A DNA stretch of 64,000 bases from Candidatus Dojkabacteria bacterium HGW-Dojkabacteria-1 (GTDB lineage Bacteria; Patescibacteriota; Dojkabacteria; SC72). Numbering within the stretch: position 1 is the first letter of the stretch; each line of letters begins with the position of its first letter. Where the stretch lies: positions 85,101-149,100 of the forward strand of contig PHAO01000001.1 of the NCBI GenBank assembly GCA_002840365.1, read 5' to 3'. A program made the position numbers and the translations under genes. Positions 1 to 11,092 of this stretch are shown piece by piece. The notes under the pieces are model-generated. The model saw only the letters and a list, made by a program, of their open reading frames with translations. It did not search any database and had not been told where the DNA came from.

Positions 1-504
1 GAAGGGGAGATTGCTAGACTGGAAAATGATATTAAAGAATTAGCGCTAACAATAGACAAGGTGGAAGATGAAAAATTGGAAGTTCTTAACCAATTAAAAA
101 GAGCTTTAGCTGATTATCAAAATTTAGAAACTAATACTCAAAAGCGCCTTAACTTACTTTACCTTCAATCTAGAAAATCACTTGCTGAAAAACTAATACC
201 AATCGTTGATGATATGAGTATGGCAATAAAGGCAAAAGAAGAAGTAGAATTTAACCAACAATCGATATCTTGGGCAGATGGAGTTGTAGAACTTCTTAAC
301 AAACTAGAAAGAAGTTTAGAGGAAATAGGGTTGAAAAAATTTGTACCAGAAAAGGGAACAAATTTTGATCCTTCTGTACACGAAGCATTAACAGTAGTTG
401 AAAGTGATAAGGGGGGATTAATCTATGACGTAATCCAACCTGGATATATTTTAGACGATATCGTTATTCGGCCATCAAGAGTGGTCGTAACAAAGATTAA
501 ATAA
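1..504 (+). CDS. grpE: GrpE nucleotide exchange factor, 5' end truncated by the window edge
   Basis: Open frame runs from position 1 with no stop. It lies directly upstream of dnaK. GrpE-like C-terminus (…DVIQPGYILDDIVIRPSRVVV) preceded by a coiled-coil region. Confidence 0.75.
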   Translation, partial: EGEIARLENDIKELALTIDKVEDEKLEVLNQLKRALADYQNLETNTQKRLNLLYLQSRKSLAEKLIPIVDDMSMAIKAKEEVEFNQQSISWADGVVELLNKLERSLEEIGLKKFVPEKGTNFDPSVHEALTVVESDKGGLIYDVIQPGYILDDIVIRPSRVVVTKIK

Positions 505-523
505 ATTTTAATAAATAATTAAT

Positions 524-2416
524 ATGGGAAAAATAATAGGTATAGACTTGGGTACAACCAACAGTGCAATGGCGTATATGTCTGGTGGTAAACCTAATAT
601 AATTGCAAATTCACAAGGGGGAAGATTAACTCCATCCGTAGTTGCTGTTGATGATAAAGGGGAAACATTAGTAGGTTCTCCTGCAAAGAATCAGGCAGTA
701 ACAAATCCAGAGGGAACTGTTTACTCTGTAAAGAGATTAATAGGTAGATCTTGGAGTGACCCTGAAGTAAAAAAAGACAAAGAACTTTTACCATTTGAAA
801 TGAGAAAATCTAGTTCTGATGGTATCGAAGTGAAGATGGGAGATAAATGGTATACACCTCAGGAGATATCTGCAAAGATATTGGCCAAAATGAAAAAAGA
901 TGCGGAAGAATTCTTGGGTGAGAAAGTAACCGAAGCAGTTATTACAGTGCCGGCATACTTTGATGATTCTCAAAGACAAGCAACAAAAGATGCAGGAAAA
1001 ATTGCTGGTCTTGAAGTAAAGAGAATTGTAAACGAACCAACTGCTGCAGCTTTAGCATATGGATTAGATAGTAAAAAGGATGAAAAAATTGCAATCTTTG
1101 ACTTAGGTGGTGGAACATTTGATATCTCAATTTTAGAAATTGGAGATGGGGTATTTGAAGTACTCTCTACAAATGGAGATACACACTTGGGAGGAGATGA
1201 TTTTGATCAAAAGATAATTGATAAGCTTGCAAAAGATTTTGAAGATAAGGAGGGAGTTGATTTGAAAGAGGATAGAACTGCACTCCAAAGACTTAAGGAA
1301 GCAGCTGAAAAAGCAAAGATTGAACTCTCTACTTCCGAAGAGACAGAAATAAATATTCCATATATAACAGCTACATCAAGTGGACCAAAGCATCTTAAAG
1401 TATCAATGACTAGAGCAGATTTGGAGAAGTTAACAGTGGATTTAATAGAAAAGACTGTACAACCATGTAAAAAAGCTCTAAAGGATGCAAATTTAGAAAT
1501 AGGAGATATAGATGAGGTTTTACTAGTTGGAGGAATGACAAGAATGCCTGCTGTAGTTAAGAAAGTAAAAGAAATCTTTGGAAAAGAACCAAACAAGAGC
1601 GTTAACCCAGATGAAGTTGTCGCAATTGGAGCTGCAGTTCAAGGTGGTGTTCTTGGAGGAGATGTAAAAGATATTACGCTTTTAGATGTAACACCTCTTT
1701 CACTTGGATTGGAAACTTTAGGTGGTGTAATGACAAAATTGATAGAAAGAAACACTACAATCCCTGTTGAAAAGAAACAAATATTTAGTACCGCTGTAGA
1801 TAATCAACCAGGTGTTGAGATTCATGTTCTACAAGGAGAAAGAGAAATGGCATCAGACAACAAAACCTTGGGTAGATTTATACTAGATGGGATTCCACCT
1901 GCACCAAGAGGAGTTCCTCAAATTGAAGTAATCTTTGCAATTGATGCTAATGGTATCTTGAATGTAAATGCAAAAGATCTCGCAACAAACAAAGAGCAAA
2001 AGATAACGATTACTGCATCTACAGGACTTAAAGATGATGAAATAGAGAAGATGGTTGAAGAAGCAGCAAAACACGCTGAAGAAGATAAAAAGAAAAGACA
2101 AAGAGCTGAAAAGAGAAACAATGCAGACTCACTATGCTTCAATATAGAAAAACTTCTTGAAGAAAATGGAGATAAAATAGAAGAAGAGGAGAAGAAAGAG
2201 CTAAAGGAGGGAGTAGAAAGTGTAAAGAAGATTATTGAGAAAGATGACTTCGACGAAGAGAAGCTAGAAGAGGAAGTAGAAAAACTTACTAAGAAGATGC
2301 AAGAAGTAAGTAAAAAGATGTATGAGAAAGCAGCTTCTGAAAATAAACAGGAACCTGAAAAAGAAGAGGAAAAGAAGAAAGATGAAGAAGTAAAGGAGGG
2401 AGAAGTTGTAGAGTAA
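524..2416 (+). CDS. dnaK: Hsp70 chaperone DnaK
   Basis: [18 protein letters not shown] and [11 protein letters not shown] motifs; 630 aa; acidic C-terminal tail. Confidence 0.97.
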   Translation: MGKIIGIDLGTTNSAMAYMSGGKPNIIANSQGGRLTPSVVAVDDKGETLVGSPAKNQAVTNPEGTVYSVKRLIGRSWSDPEVKKDKELLPFEMRKSSSDGIEVKMGDKWYTPQEISAKILAKMKKDAEEFLGEKVTEAVITVPAYFDDSQRQATKDAGKIAGLEVKRIVNEPTAAALAYGLDSKKDEKIAIFDLGGGTFDISILEIGDGVFEVLSTNGDTHLGGDDFDQKIIDKLAKDFEDKEGVDLKEDRTALQRLKEAAEKAKIELSTSEETEINIPYITATSSGPKHLKVSMTRADLEKLTVDLIEKTVQPCKKALKDANLEIGDIDEVLLVGGMTRMPAVVKKVKEIFGKEPNKSVNPDEVVAIGAAVQGGVLGGDVKDITLLDVTPLSLGLETLGGVMTKLIERNTTIPVEKKQIFSTAVDNQPGVEIHVLQGEREMASDNKTLGRFILDGIPPAPRGVPQIEVIFAIDANGILNVNAKDLATNKEQKITITASTGLKDDEIEKMVEEAAKHAEEDKKKRQRAEKRNNADSLCFNIEKLLEENGDKIEEEEKKELKEGVESVKKIIEKDDFDEEKLEEEVEKLTKKMQEVSKKMYEKAASENKQEPEKEEEKKKDEEVKEGEVVE

Positions 2417-2423
2417 TACTAGT

Positions 2424-2452
2424 GGGGGGCTTTGCCCCCCTCTTTTATTTTT
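2424..2452 (+). terminator. Rho-independent terminator after dnaK
   Basis: Stem GGGGGGC / GCCCCCC with a short loop, followed by a TCTTTTATTTTT run. Confidence 0.8.
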
Positions 2453-2496
2453 GCTAAGATTGTTACAAGTAAATAATTATTTATCTGCCCTAAAAT

Positions 2497-4791
2497 ATGT
2501 TGACTAATAATTCTAAGACTAATGTTACTTCCAGTGGCATGGACCTTTCTTTTTTTCAAAGACAGTTCTTTTACATTTTACTATTCTTTCTTCCTTGGTT
2601 TGTTCTACCTTTGCCTTGGGATCCTACTGAAAGTATTCGAGTAACATTCTTTCTTATAATTTCAGCAATTGTAATTCTTCTTGAGGTTGTTAAATGGATT
2701 TGGGATGGCAAGATTGCTATTTATAAATCCGTATTAGATAAAGCTTTTCTCCTTTTATTCCTATCTTTTATAATTTCTACAATATTTGCCATTGATAGAT
2801 GGGGTGCTGTATGGGGTTTTGATGGAAGACTTGGTATGGGTATTATTTCAATGTCAGTATTCCTAACCTTTATTTTCCTCTCAAGGAGTTTTTTAAATGG
2901 TAAGAAATATATTGTTAAATCCGTTGAGATACTGATGTTTGGTCTTTCAATCCTTATTATTCTCAGCCTAATATCTTTCTTTAAAGTAAATATCTTTGGT
3001 TGGATTCCAATATTTAAAAACTTTTTTGTAGTAGGTTTACCATTAACCTTCTATTCTAAAGAATTAGTCCTTATTGCCTCTGGGTTAATACTGTTATCTG
3101 TATATTTAGTAATAAACTATCTTAGAGAAAAGAAATACCAAAAAGTTCTTTTACCTTTTCTTGCTATGGTAGGTGGTTTCTTAACAATACCGATGTTCTC
3201 AATTAATCAGGGAATTGCACTTCCAATTTTAATCTTTGTAGCTCTTGCATTTACTGCACTGCTTCTCTTTATGAAATTAGAAAAGAGCTTAAGATTCTTA
3301 CCTGCATTGATAGGAATTCTAGCGATTCTTTCTACAGTCTTTGCAATAGGGTTGCAGTATGATTCCTTTAAAGACTCTTTGTTAGGAAAATCTTTTGAGG
3401 CTGTAACTCCAATACAATTAGCTTCTGATATCTCATGGTCAGTATCTAGTAGAGTAATTGTTGAAGATTTTTTTAGAGGATTAGTTGGTTTTGGAAATGA
3501 ATCTTTCCCAATTGCATATAGCTTGTTTAAACCTGCAGCACAATCAACACTCTCTCTCTCAAATGTCAGCTTTATTACTTCTTCAAGTGAAATATTTACA
3601 ACACTTGCAACAAGAGGAATCATAGGTGTTGCAATATGGATTCTATTAGGTGTTGTATTGATAAAGACATTAATAAGTGATTTAACTACCCAAAATAGTG
3701 AAGACTCGTTAGTACTATCTATTTTGCAAATCTCTACATTAGTTCTGTATCTCGGTTCCTTCTTCGTATCATACTCATTCCTTTTGTATTTTGTCTTTGG
3801 AATCTTTGCACTTCTCTCTTTGATGAATAGGAACATCCAAAGTAAAAATGAGGAACAGTTTTTACTAAAATTCTGGGCTGTTAATGTAGGTGGAGTATCA
3901 CAAAATATCGCAAAAACAATAAATAGTGTTAATTGGTTCTTAACTTCATTGATAATAGTATTGGTATTTGCTGGATTACTCGGACTCGGTTCAAAATTTG
4001 TATCTTTGATGTATGTTGCAAGAGCAGAAGCATTTGCAGCTGAAGAAACAAAGAAGTACACAAGTGAAGAGGAAATCACACTTGAAGTAAGAGAAGAATT
4101 TTTTAACAACCTAATATCTTACTACTTTAGAGCTCTTAAATATGATAATTCAAATCCTGTCGCAAACAGAAAAGCAAGTACAACAGCCATAGAAATTATG
4201 AATGTATTAAGTGAAATCTATCAGAAATCATCTGAAGAAGAAAAGAGTTCAATTCTTTCAGAGATTTCAAGTTGGAAAAATACAGCAATTGATTTATCTA
4301 GAGAGGCGATTACAACTTCTCCTTACAACTATTCAAACTGGTATGTTAGATCAAGTGTATATATAGGTTTCCTTTCGATAGGGCTTTCTGATTATAGCGA
4401 AGATGCACTCTTTGCTCTTCAAAGATGTGTAAATCTTAATCCTTTAGATTTTGAATCGTACTATCGTGCTGGGCAGATTTACATGATTAAAGAAGACTAT
4501 GAGAAAGCACTTGCAGCATTTGATGGTGGTCTTAGAATAAATGGCCAGCATGTACCATCTCTCGTTCTCTCTGCAAGAATACTAAGCGAGAATGGTGATG
4601 TAAAAACAGCAGTCGGTTATCTTGAAGCCGCGAAGAGAATAATGGAAGTAAACAAGCTTCAAACTGATCCTATGTATGAAAGTATAGTAGAAGCCTTAAA
4701 AGAATTTAATGCAAATTCTAATCAAGGTAGCGAAACTTTGAAAGAAATAGGGGAGGATGATTTAACCGAGGATCTCACACCAAGAGATTAA
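2497..4791 (+). CDS. Polytopic membrane protein (Wzy/O-antigen-ligase-like N-terminal part) with C-terminal TPR repeats
   Basis: More than 10 predicted TM helices in the first ~480 aa. The C-terminal ~250 aa have TPR-like periodicity (…YYRAGQIYMIKEDYEKALAAFDGGL…). No enzymatic motif was identified with certainty. Confidence 0.35.
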   Translation: MLTNNSKTNVTSSGMDLSFFQRQFFYILLFFLPWFVLPLPWDPTESIRVTFFLIISAIVILLEVVKWIWDGKIAIYKSVLDKAFLLLFLSFIISTIFAIDRWGAVWGFDGRLGMGIISMSVFLTFIFLSRSFLNGKKYIVKSVEILMFGLSILIILSLISFFKVNIFGWIPIFKNFFVVGLPLTFYSKELVLIASGLILLSVYLVINYLREKKYQKVLLPFLAMVGGFLTIPMFSINQGIALPILIFVALAFTALLLFMKLEKSLRFLPALIGILAILSTVFAIGLQYDSFKDSLLGKSFEAVTPIQLASDISWSVSSRVIVEDFFRGLVGFGNESFPIAYSLFKPAAQSTLSLSNVSFITSSSEIFTTLATRGIIGVAIWILLGVVLIKTLISDLTTQNSEDSLVLSILQISTLVLYLGSFFVSYSFLLYFVFGIFALLSLMNRNIQSKNEEQFLLKFWAVNVGGVSQNIAKTINSVNWFLTSLIIVLVFAGLLGLGSKFVSLMYVARAEAFAAEETKKYTSEEEITLEVREEFFNNLISYYFRALKYDNSNPVANRKASTTAIEIMNVLSEIYQKSSEEEKSSILSEISSWKNTAIDLSREAITTSPYNYSNWYVRSSVYIGFLSIGLSDYSEDALFALQRCVNLNPLDFESYYRAGQIYMIKEDYEKALAAFDGGLRINGQHVPSLVLSARILSENGDVKTAVGYLEAAKRIMEVNKLQTDPMYESIVEALKEFNANSNQGSETLKEIGEDDLTEDLTPRD

Positions 4792-5282
4792 AAGATTGTT
4801 ATCAAGAAAATCTTCTTAAAAGAGGCTCTATTTATTCTAGTAATTAACTCTTCTTTATCTTGAATCCTTTCTCCTACAAAGGATAGCGTTTCAGAATGGT
4901 TATCATTTAATAGCATACTAGATAAATATCTATCCAAGGAACAATTAGAAATTGGTTCTATTCGAAACTTTGTATCTAATTTTGAGAACCTACTAAACAA
5001 TTCCTCCAATAATAATATGTAAATTGAAAAAAGATTACTCTTCTTTTTTGAGTCGAAGATGCTCTTATATTTTTTTGAAAGATTCCATCCATGAATCCAA
5101 TAAATATCTTTATTAATATCTAAGCAATTCTTATGAATATATCCATTATTACTCAACTTGTTGCAGAGAAGACAAGTAGGTAAAGCTTTGGGAATTTTAG
5201 TTAGGCATTGATTACAAATATCAAACCCAACTCGAGAACATATAATGCATTGTTTAGGAAAAAACAGATCAATCAAATTCAT
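4788..5282 (-). CDS. ComFC-like double zinc-ribbon protein lacking the phosphoribosyltransferase domain
   Basis: N-terminus LFFPKQCIICS…CNQCL…CLLCNK…HKNCL matches the ComFC LLFPPRCxxCG double-CxxC zinc ribbon. The protein ends at 164 aa, without a PRTase fold. Confidence 0.45.
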   Translation of the reverse strand: MNLIDLFFPKQCIICSRVGFDICNQCLTKIPKALPTCLLCNKLSNNGYIHKNCLDINKDIYWIHGWNLSKKYKSIFDSKKKSNLFSIYILLLEELFSRFSKLDTKFRIEPISNCSLDRYLSSMLLNDNHSETLSFVGERIQDKEELITRINRASFKKIFLITIF

Positions 5283-5316
5283 ACTAAAATGTTACCCTAT
5301 CTTTATTAAAAAGATT

Positions 5317-5345
5317 TGATAATTATTCTCTTTTACATTATGATA
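5317..5345 (+). promoter_or_regulatory. Sigma70-like promoter upstream of murJ
   Basis: TTGATA, 17-nt spacer, TATGAT, about 35 nt upstream of the murJ start. Confidence 0.5.
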
Positions 5346-5380
5346 TTATTCGCTAATTAGATATAGTTTGTTATTTTATA

Positions 5381-7153
5381 GTGATAAAGAAAAACAGTGT
5401 CTTTACAGTAATGTTCATCCTCCTTTTGACCAAGATTTTAGGATTTTGGAAATTAAGAATCTTTGCACAATTGTTCGGTGCATCGCATGAGCTCGATATA
5501 TTTTGGGCCGCATTTACAATCCCCGACATTATCTTCATGGTACTTGTTGCTGGATCAATTAATGCTGCAATAATTCCAATACTTTCAGATGTTCTCTATG
5601 ACAAAGGGAAGGAAAGCTTTAATAAGCTCTTTCAACAGTTAACAGTCATATTCTTTGGTCTGTCATTCTTTGTACTGTTAACAGTACTACTTTTTGCACC
5701 ACAGATTACTACTTGGATAGTATCAAATGAGTATGCACAAAGTCTCTTTAATATGTCTTACAGAATATCGACAGATGATTATGACCTCTTTATCAAACTC
5801 TTCAGAATTGGCTTACTCTCTCCTCTCTTTCTTAGTGTTAGTGGATTTGTCACAGCATATTTACAGGTAAGAAAGCAGTTCTTTGTAACTTCTCTAGCAC
5901 CTCTTTTCTACAATGTATCAATGGTTATTGGTACATATTTATTAGTAAATTACACATCATGGGGAGTAGAGGGTATTGCTATCTCTGCAGTTATTGGTTC
6001 AGTTATTCACTTAATAGTTCAATTACCATTACTTCTTAAATACTACAAAGAAGATAATTCTAAAGTTATCGATCTCAAGGGTATATTCAAAGAACCAAAT
6101 GTCCTTAGAGCATTTAAACTTGCATTACCAAGAATGTTAGGAGTCTTAGGGGAGCAATTCAATACTATTGTAAACACCTTTATCAGTTTTACTCTTGCTG
6201 CGGGTACACTTAGTGCATATAGATTTGCATACAGTCTTCATCTCTTTCCAATCAACATTATCGGTAGTGCTGTTGCCCAAGTTGCATTACCAGACTTAGC
6301 CAAATACTGCTGTAAAAACGAAGATGACAATTTTAAAAAGGTATTTAACGATTCAATACAGCTTTCGCTGTATTTAGTTTTTCCAATAGTGGCAATCATG
6401 TTCGTACTTAGACTCCCCATCGTTCGTTTGATTTACGGTACAGGTGCTTTTGACTGGAATGATACCATCATTACGGCATGGACATTAGCATTACTTTCAA
6501 TATCAGTAATAGGGCAAACGGTAGTACAAATTATCCTTAGAGCCTTCTATGCTCTTAAAGATACATGGATGCCTTTAATTGCAATTACAGTAGGAATTGT
6601 AATAAATCTTTTTGGAGCATATCTTTTTACCAACTTCTTTAGTCATTACTACGACTGGAGACCAATATTAGAACAAGTTTGGATTCAGGTAGCCCAAGCA
6701 AATGGTGATGGGGTTGTATCTGTACTTAAATCATTCTTAGGGGACCTTCTTAAATGGATGACAACAAGAGGAGACTCTAGACTCGCAGTAGGTGGTCTAG
6801 CATTAAGTCTAAGTCTCTCTTACCTGGTACAGATGGTTTTAGCATCTCTTCTACTTAATAGAAAGAAAAAAGTAATATCATGGAATGAAACTTTGTATCC
6901 TACTCTTCTTAAAATTCTTAATACCCTAGTTATGATGCTTGGAATGTATTTTGTGTTTAGACTGTTTGATTTCCAACTTGATACTAGTAGAACTGTATAT
7001 GTAATTGTATTGACTGTCCTAACTGCCGCATATGGAGGTATTTCATACCTAGTAGGATCAAAAATCTTTTCTCCAGAAGAATTTGTAAAGGTCGAGAATA
7101 TGCTTAGAAATTTTACGAAAAGATTTACCAATGGTAATAACTTAAATCCATAA
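5381..7153 (+). CDS. murJ: Lipid II flippase MurJ/MviN
   Basis: N-terminal LTKILGFWKLRIFAQLFGAS…DIFWAAFTIPD motif region characteristic of MurJ; about 14 TM helices; 590 aa. Confidence 0.8.
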   Translation: MIKKNSVFTVMFILLLTKILGFWKLRIFAQLFGASHELDIFWAAFTIPDIIFMVLVAGSINAAIIPILSDVLYDKGKESFNKLFQQLTVIFFGLSFFVLLTVLLFAPQITTWIVSNEYAQSLFNMSYRISTDDYDLFIKLFRIGLLSPLFLSVSGFVTAYLQVRKQFFVTSLAPLFYNVSMVIGTYLLVNYTSWGVEGIAISAVIGSVIHLIVQLPLLLKYYKEDNSKVIDLKGIFKEPNVLRAFKLALPRMLGVLGEQFNTIVNTFISFTLAAGTLSAYRFAYSLHLFPINIIGSAVAQVALPDLAKYCCKNEDDNFKKVFNDSIQLSLYLVFPIVAIMFVLRLPIVRLIYGTGAFDWNDTIITAWTLALLSISVIGQTVVQIILRAFYALKDTWMPLIAITVGIVINLFGAYLFTNFFSHYYDWRPILEQVWIQVAQANGDGVVSVLKSFLGDLLKWMTTRGDSRLAVGGLALSLSLSYLVQMVLASLLLNRKKKVISWNETLYPTLLKILNTLVMMLGMYFVFRLFDFQLDTSRTVYVIVLTVLTAAYGGISYLVGSKIFSPEEFVKVENMLRNFTKRFTNGNNLNP

Positions 7154-7156
7154 AAG

Positions 7157-7759
7157 GTGAAAAAATTTCTTAAAATATCAATTTCAATACTCCTCTTTTT
7201 TGTACTTTTAACAGGGCTTGTATCCTTTCTTTTAATTCATAATTACAATACTTGGGAAAAAAGATTTGAGAGAAATATCTATGAAAACAATCTTGCCATC
7301 CTCCCATATGAATCTGATGGTTCTGTTGAAATGAAAATTGCGAAGTTCACCCTATCTAATGAAAATACTGAAAGTTTAATACTTTCTCCATATGAACTCT
7401 CAAATCTAATACTCCTTACTTCAAAAGGATATTTAGACAAAGAGATTACTGTAAGAAGGGTATATATTGAACCTGGGAATTTTAGATGGAATATATATAT
7501 GGAATTTGTTTACAAGAGATACTCTGTATGGTTTTCGGTGGATATAAACAAGGATGATATGCAAACAGTACAGCTTTACATTACCGATATTAAATTAGGA
7601 AATTACTCACTAGGAAGATATTTTGATTTGGTGTATCAAATTAATACAGGTATAGCTAACTCAATACTAACAGTAAATGAAAATGGATTCTCAGGAAGAT
7701 ATCTTGAAAATATTGAATTAATGGAAGACAAGATTGTTGTAAAAGGTTCTAGATATTGA
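7157..7759 (+). CDS. Hypothetical membrane-anchored protein
   Basis: Single N-terminal TM; no recognisable domain; 4 nt downstream of murJ. Confidence 0.4.
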   Translation: MKKFLKISISILLFFVLLTGLVSFLLIHNYNTWEKRFERNIYENNLAILPYESDGSVEMKIAKFTLSNENTESLILSPYELSNLILLTSKGYLDKEITVRRVYIEPGNFRWNIYMEFVYKRYSVWFSVDINKDDMQTVQLYITDIKLGNYSLGRYFDLVYQINTGIANSILTVNENGFSGRYLENIELMEDKIVVKGSRY

Positions 7760-7784
7760 CAATCTTTTACTCTATCTTTAAAAT
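7756..7784 (+). promoter_or_regulatory. Sigma70-like promoter of groES-groEL
   Basis: TTGACA, 17-nt spacer, TAAAAT, placed immediately upstream of the CIRCE element. Confidence 0.55.
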
Positions 7785-7786
7785 CA

Positions 7787-7813
7787 TTAGCAGTCGCTTT
7801 TAATATTTGCTAA
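7787..7813 (+). promoter_or_regulatory. CIRCE (HrcA operator) inverted repeat
   Basis: TTAGCAGTC-N9-ATTTGCTAA compared with consensus TTAGCACTC-N9-GAGTGCTAA. It sits between the promoter and groES. Confidence 0.75.
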
Positions 7814-7835
7814 ATAATTTGTTAGATATATTAAT

Positions 7836-8138
7836 ATGTCTAGTGAGATAAAAATTGTTCCATTAGGTAATAGAGTTGTTGTAAAGCCTCAGGATGTACA
7901 AGAAAAAACTCCTGGAGGTCTTGTAATTCCACCAAGTGCTAATGATGAAAAAAGACCTGCATTTGGTAAGGTTGTTAAGTTAGGAACTGGTAAAGATAAA
8001 GAAGGAAAAGCATTGAAATTTGACGTCAAAGTTGGTGATTTAGTGTATTTTAAAAAATATTCTCCAGAAGAAATAGAAGTTGAGAATCAAGAATATTACA
8101 TTCTTGATGCAGAGGATATTCTCGCTATCGTTAAATAG
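7836..8138 (+). CDS. groES: Co-chaperonin GroES
   Basis: 100 aa; IVPLGNRVVVKP…KTPGGLVIP mobile-loop pattern; directly upstream of groEL. Confidence 0.95.
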   Translation: MSSEIKIVPLGNRVVVKPQDVQEKTPGGLVIPPSANDEKRPAFGKVVKLGTGKDKEGKALKFDVKVGDLVYFKKYSPEEIEVENQEYYILDAEDILAIVK

Positions 8139-8148
8139 ACTAGTTTAA

Positions 8149-9786
<1,638 letters not shown>

Positions 9787-9804
9787 TCATTCAGTTAGTA
9801 AATG

Positions 9805-9833
9805 AACCCCGGTTTAGTCCGGGGTTTTTCTTT
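9805..9833 (+). terminator. Rho-independent terminator after groEL
   Basis: AACCCCGG-tttagt-CCGGGGTT hairpin followed by TTTTTCTTT. Confidence 0.8.
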
Positions 9834-10467
9834 ATAATTTGATTACATCTACGACTTTTCCTGCAGCAAAGAAATTATCTTCTTCGTGCAAAATAATTGG
9901 TAAATATTCATCCGTAGATTCTGAGATTAAAGCCGCCTGAGAGGAGTCTTCTAATAAAGTGAATTTTTTGATGTTGGCAAAATCTTCTATTACTGAAAGA
10001 ACATAATCGCCATTCTGTACATCTTTATCTCTTGGGTCGATGACGACTAGGTCGCCGTCTTCAATGTTTCTATTGTTTGCTCCAACTTTCGCCATATTCA
10101 TAGAATTTCCAGTTGCTTTTACAAGATACAATCCTTCAATATTCATCTTAGGTAAGAAGTTTCTAGAAATTTTTATATACCCTTGAATCTTATCTTCTGC
10201 GAAGATGGATGCAGGTCCACAGGTAGCTAATCCATAGTAGGGAAGTGTTGCAAAGTGAATGTTTTCTGTGCTTTTTTTGTTAAGAATAAGATTGTCATTT
10301 TGTATTATCACAAGGTTGTTATCAAGAAGCTTATTTATGTGGTGTTTTACTGTCTGTGGGTACCTTTCTCCTATGCGTCTTCCAATCTCCCTGTAGCGAA
10401 GGGGTACTGATCCCTGATCCTTAAGGAGGTTTATTATTTTCTTTTGAATTGGATGGAATTGGGTCAT
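9832..10467 (-). CDS. lexA: LexA-type repressor (HTH plus S24 peptidase)
   Basis: N-terminal winged-helix region. C-terminal S24 segment …VKATGNSMNMAKV…IEDGDLVVIDP… carries the Ser of the Ser/Lys dyad in GNSM. 211 aa. Confidence 0.85.
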   Translation of the reverse strand: MTQFHPIQKKIINLLKDQGSVPLRYREIGRRIGERYPQTVKHHINKLLDNNLVIIQNDNLILNKKSTENIHFATLPYYGLATCGPASIFAEDKIQGYIKISRNFLPKMNIEGLYLVKATGNSMNMAKVGANNRNIEDGDLVVIDPRDKDVQNGDYVLSVIEDFANIKKFTLLEDSSQAALISESTDEYLPIILHEEDNFFAAGKVVDVIKL

Positions 10468-10541
10468 TTTTATTTAAAGGTATTATACCAGCCACTTACT
10501 AAGCGTGCAAGTAGTAGCAGGTGTTGAAGTTGTATAAATCG

Positions 10542-10570
10542 TTGACAACCGTCTTTAAATCAATTAGAAT
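10542..10570 (+). promoter_or_regulatory. Near-consensus sigma70 promoter in the lexA divergent intergenic region
   Basis: TTGACA, 17-nt spacer, TAGAAT, located 35 nt upstream of a small unannotated ORF. Confidence 0.6.
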
Positions 10571-10605
10571 GTATTTATCAATATTTAATTTGAGTTTTTA
10601 GTTAG

Positions 10606-10749
10606 ATGGCAAAAAAAGTAACGAGTAAAAGAGTTGCAAAGATATCATCAAAAATACTTAGAGATGGTAGAACTTCTAAAAAAAGTAAAGCCGCAGCCGG
10701 TTCAGCTCTTAGTCAAAGAGAAAAAACTAGATCAAGAAAAAGGAAATAA
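10606..10749 (+). CDS. Unannotated small (47 aa) highly basic protein
   Basis: ATG…TAA frame read by hand: MAKKVTSKRVAKISSKILRDGRTSKKSKAAAGSALSQREKTRSRKRK. About 40% Lys/Arg. Preceded by a consensus promoter. Below the 60-aa cutoff of the supplied ORF track. Confidence 0.45.
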   Translation: MAKKVTSKRVAKISSKILRDGRTSKKSKAAAGSALSQREKTRSRKRK

Positions 10750-10773
10750 CTTAATTTAAAAGCTTTTAATATT

Positions 10774-11082
10774 ATGAGTATCCAGATAGGAAATTATAGG
10801 TTCGAAGGACCATATTTACAAATCAGTAATTTAGAAGGTAAATCAGGTGTTTATGTTATATTGACAGGAATTGCAGACAAGAGATATCGAGTCATAGATA
10901 TTGGAGAATCTGCAGATATTTGGACCAGGATTACATGCCATGACAGAAAAAGCTGCTGGGAAAGGAATGTTTTTCCAGGTAGTTTTATTACATTTGCTGT
11001 TTTATATTGCAATGAAAATGATAGGGTTCAAATTGAAAAAGCGCTCAGAAATGCATATGAACCTACTTGTGGAGAAATTTAG
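10774..11082 (+). CDS. Small protein with a degenerate GIY-YIG-like fold
   Basis: KSGVYVILTG…KRYRVIDIGES…WTRITCH… resembles the GIY…YIG…R…H spacing of GIY-YIG nucleases. The second motif is degenerate (IDIG instead of YIG). Confidence 0.3.
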   Translation: MSIQIGNYRFEGPYLQISNLEGKSGVYVILTGIADKRYRVIDIGESADIWTRITCHDRKSCWERNVFPGSFITFAVLYCNENDRVQIEKALRNAYEPTCGEI

Positions 11083-11092
11083 GAATTTGTAT

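Noticed and set aside
3207-4109. 300-aa ORF on the minus strand
   Set aside because: It lies entirely antisense inside the 764-aa membrane/TPR gene, is low-complexity and Ser-rich, and has no motif. It is a typical shadow ORF of an AT-rich coding region.
10468-10605. Candidate LexA operator palindromes in the lexA divergent region
   Set aside because: No clear CGAAC-N4-GTTCG or TACTG-N10-CAGTA type dyad was found. The short imperfect repeats present (ATCAAT…ATCAAT) are not convincing without comparative data.
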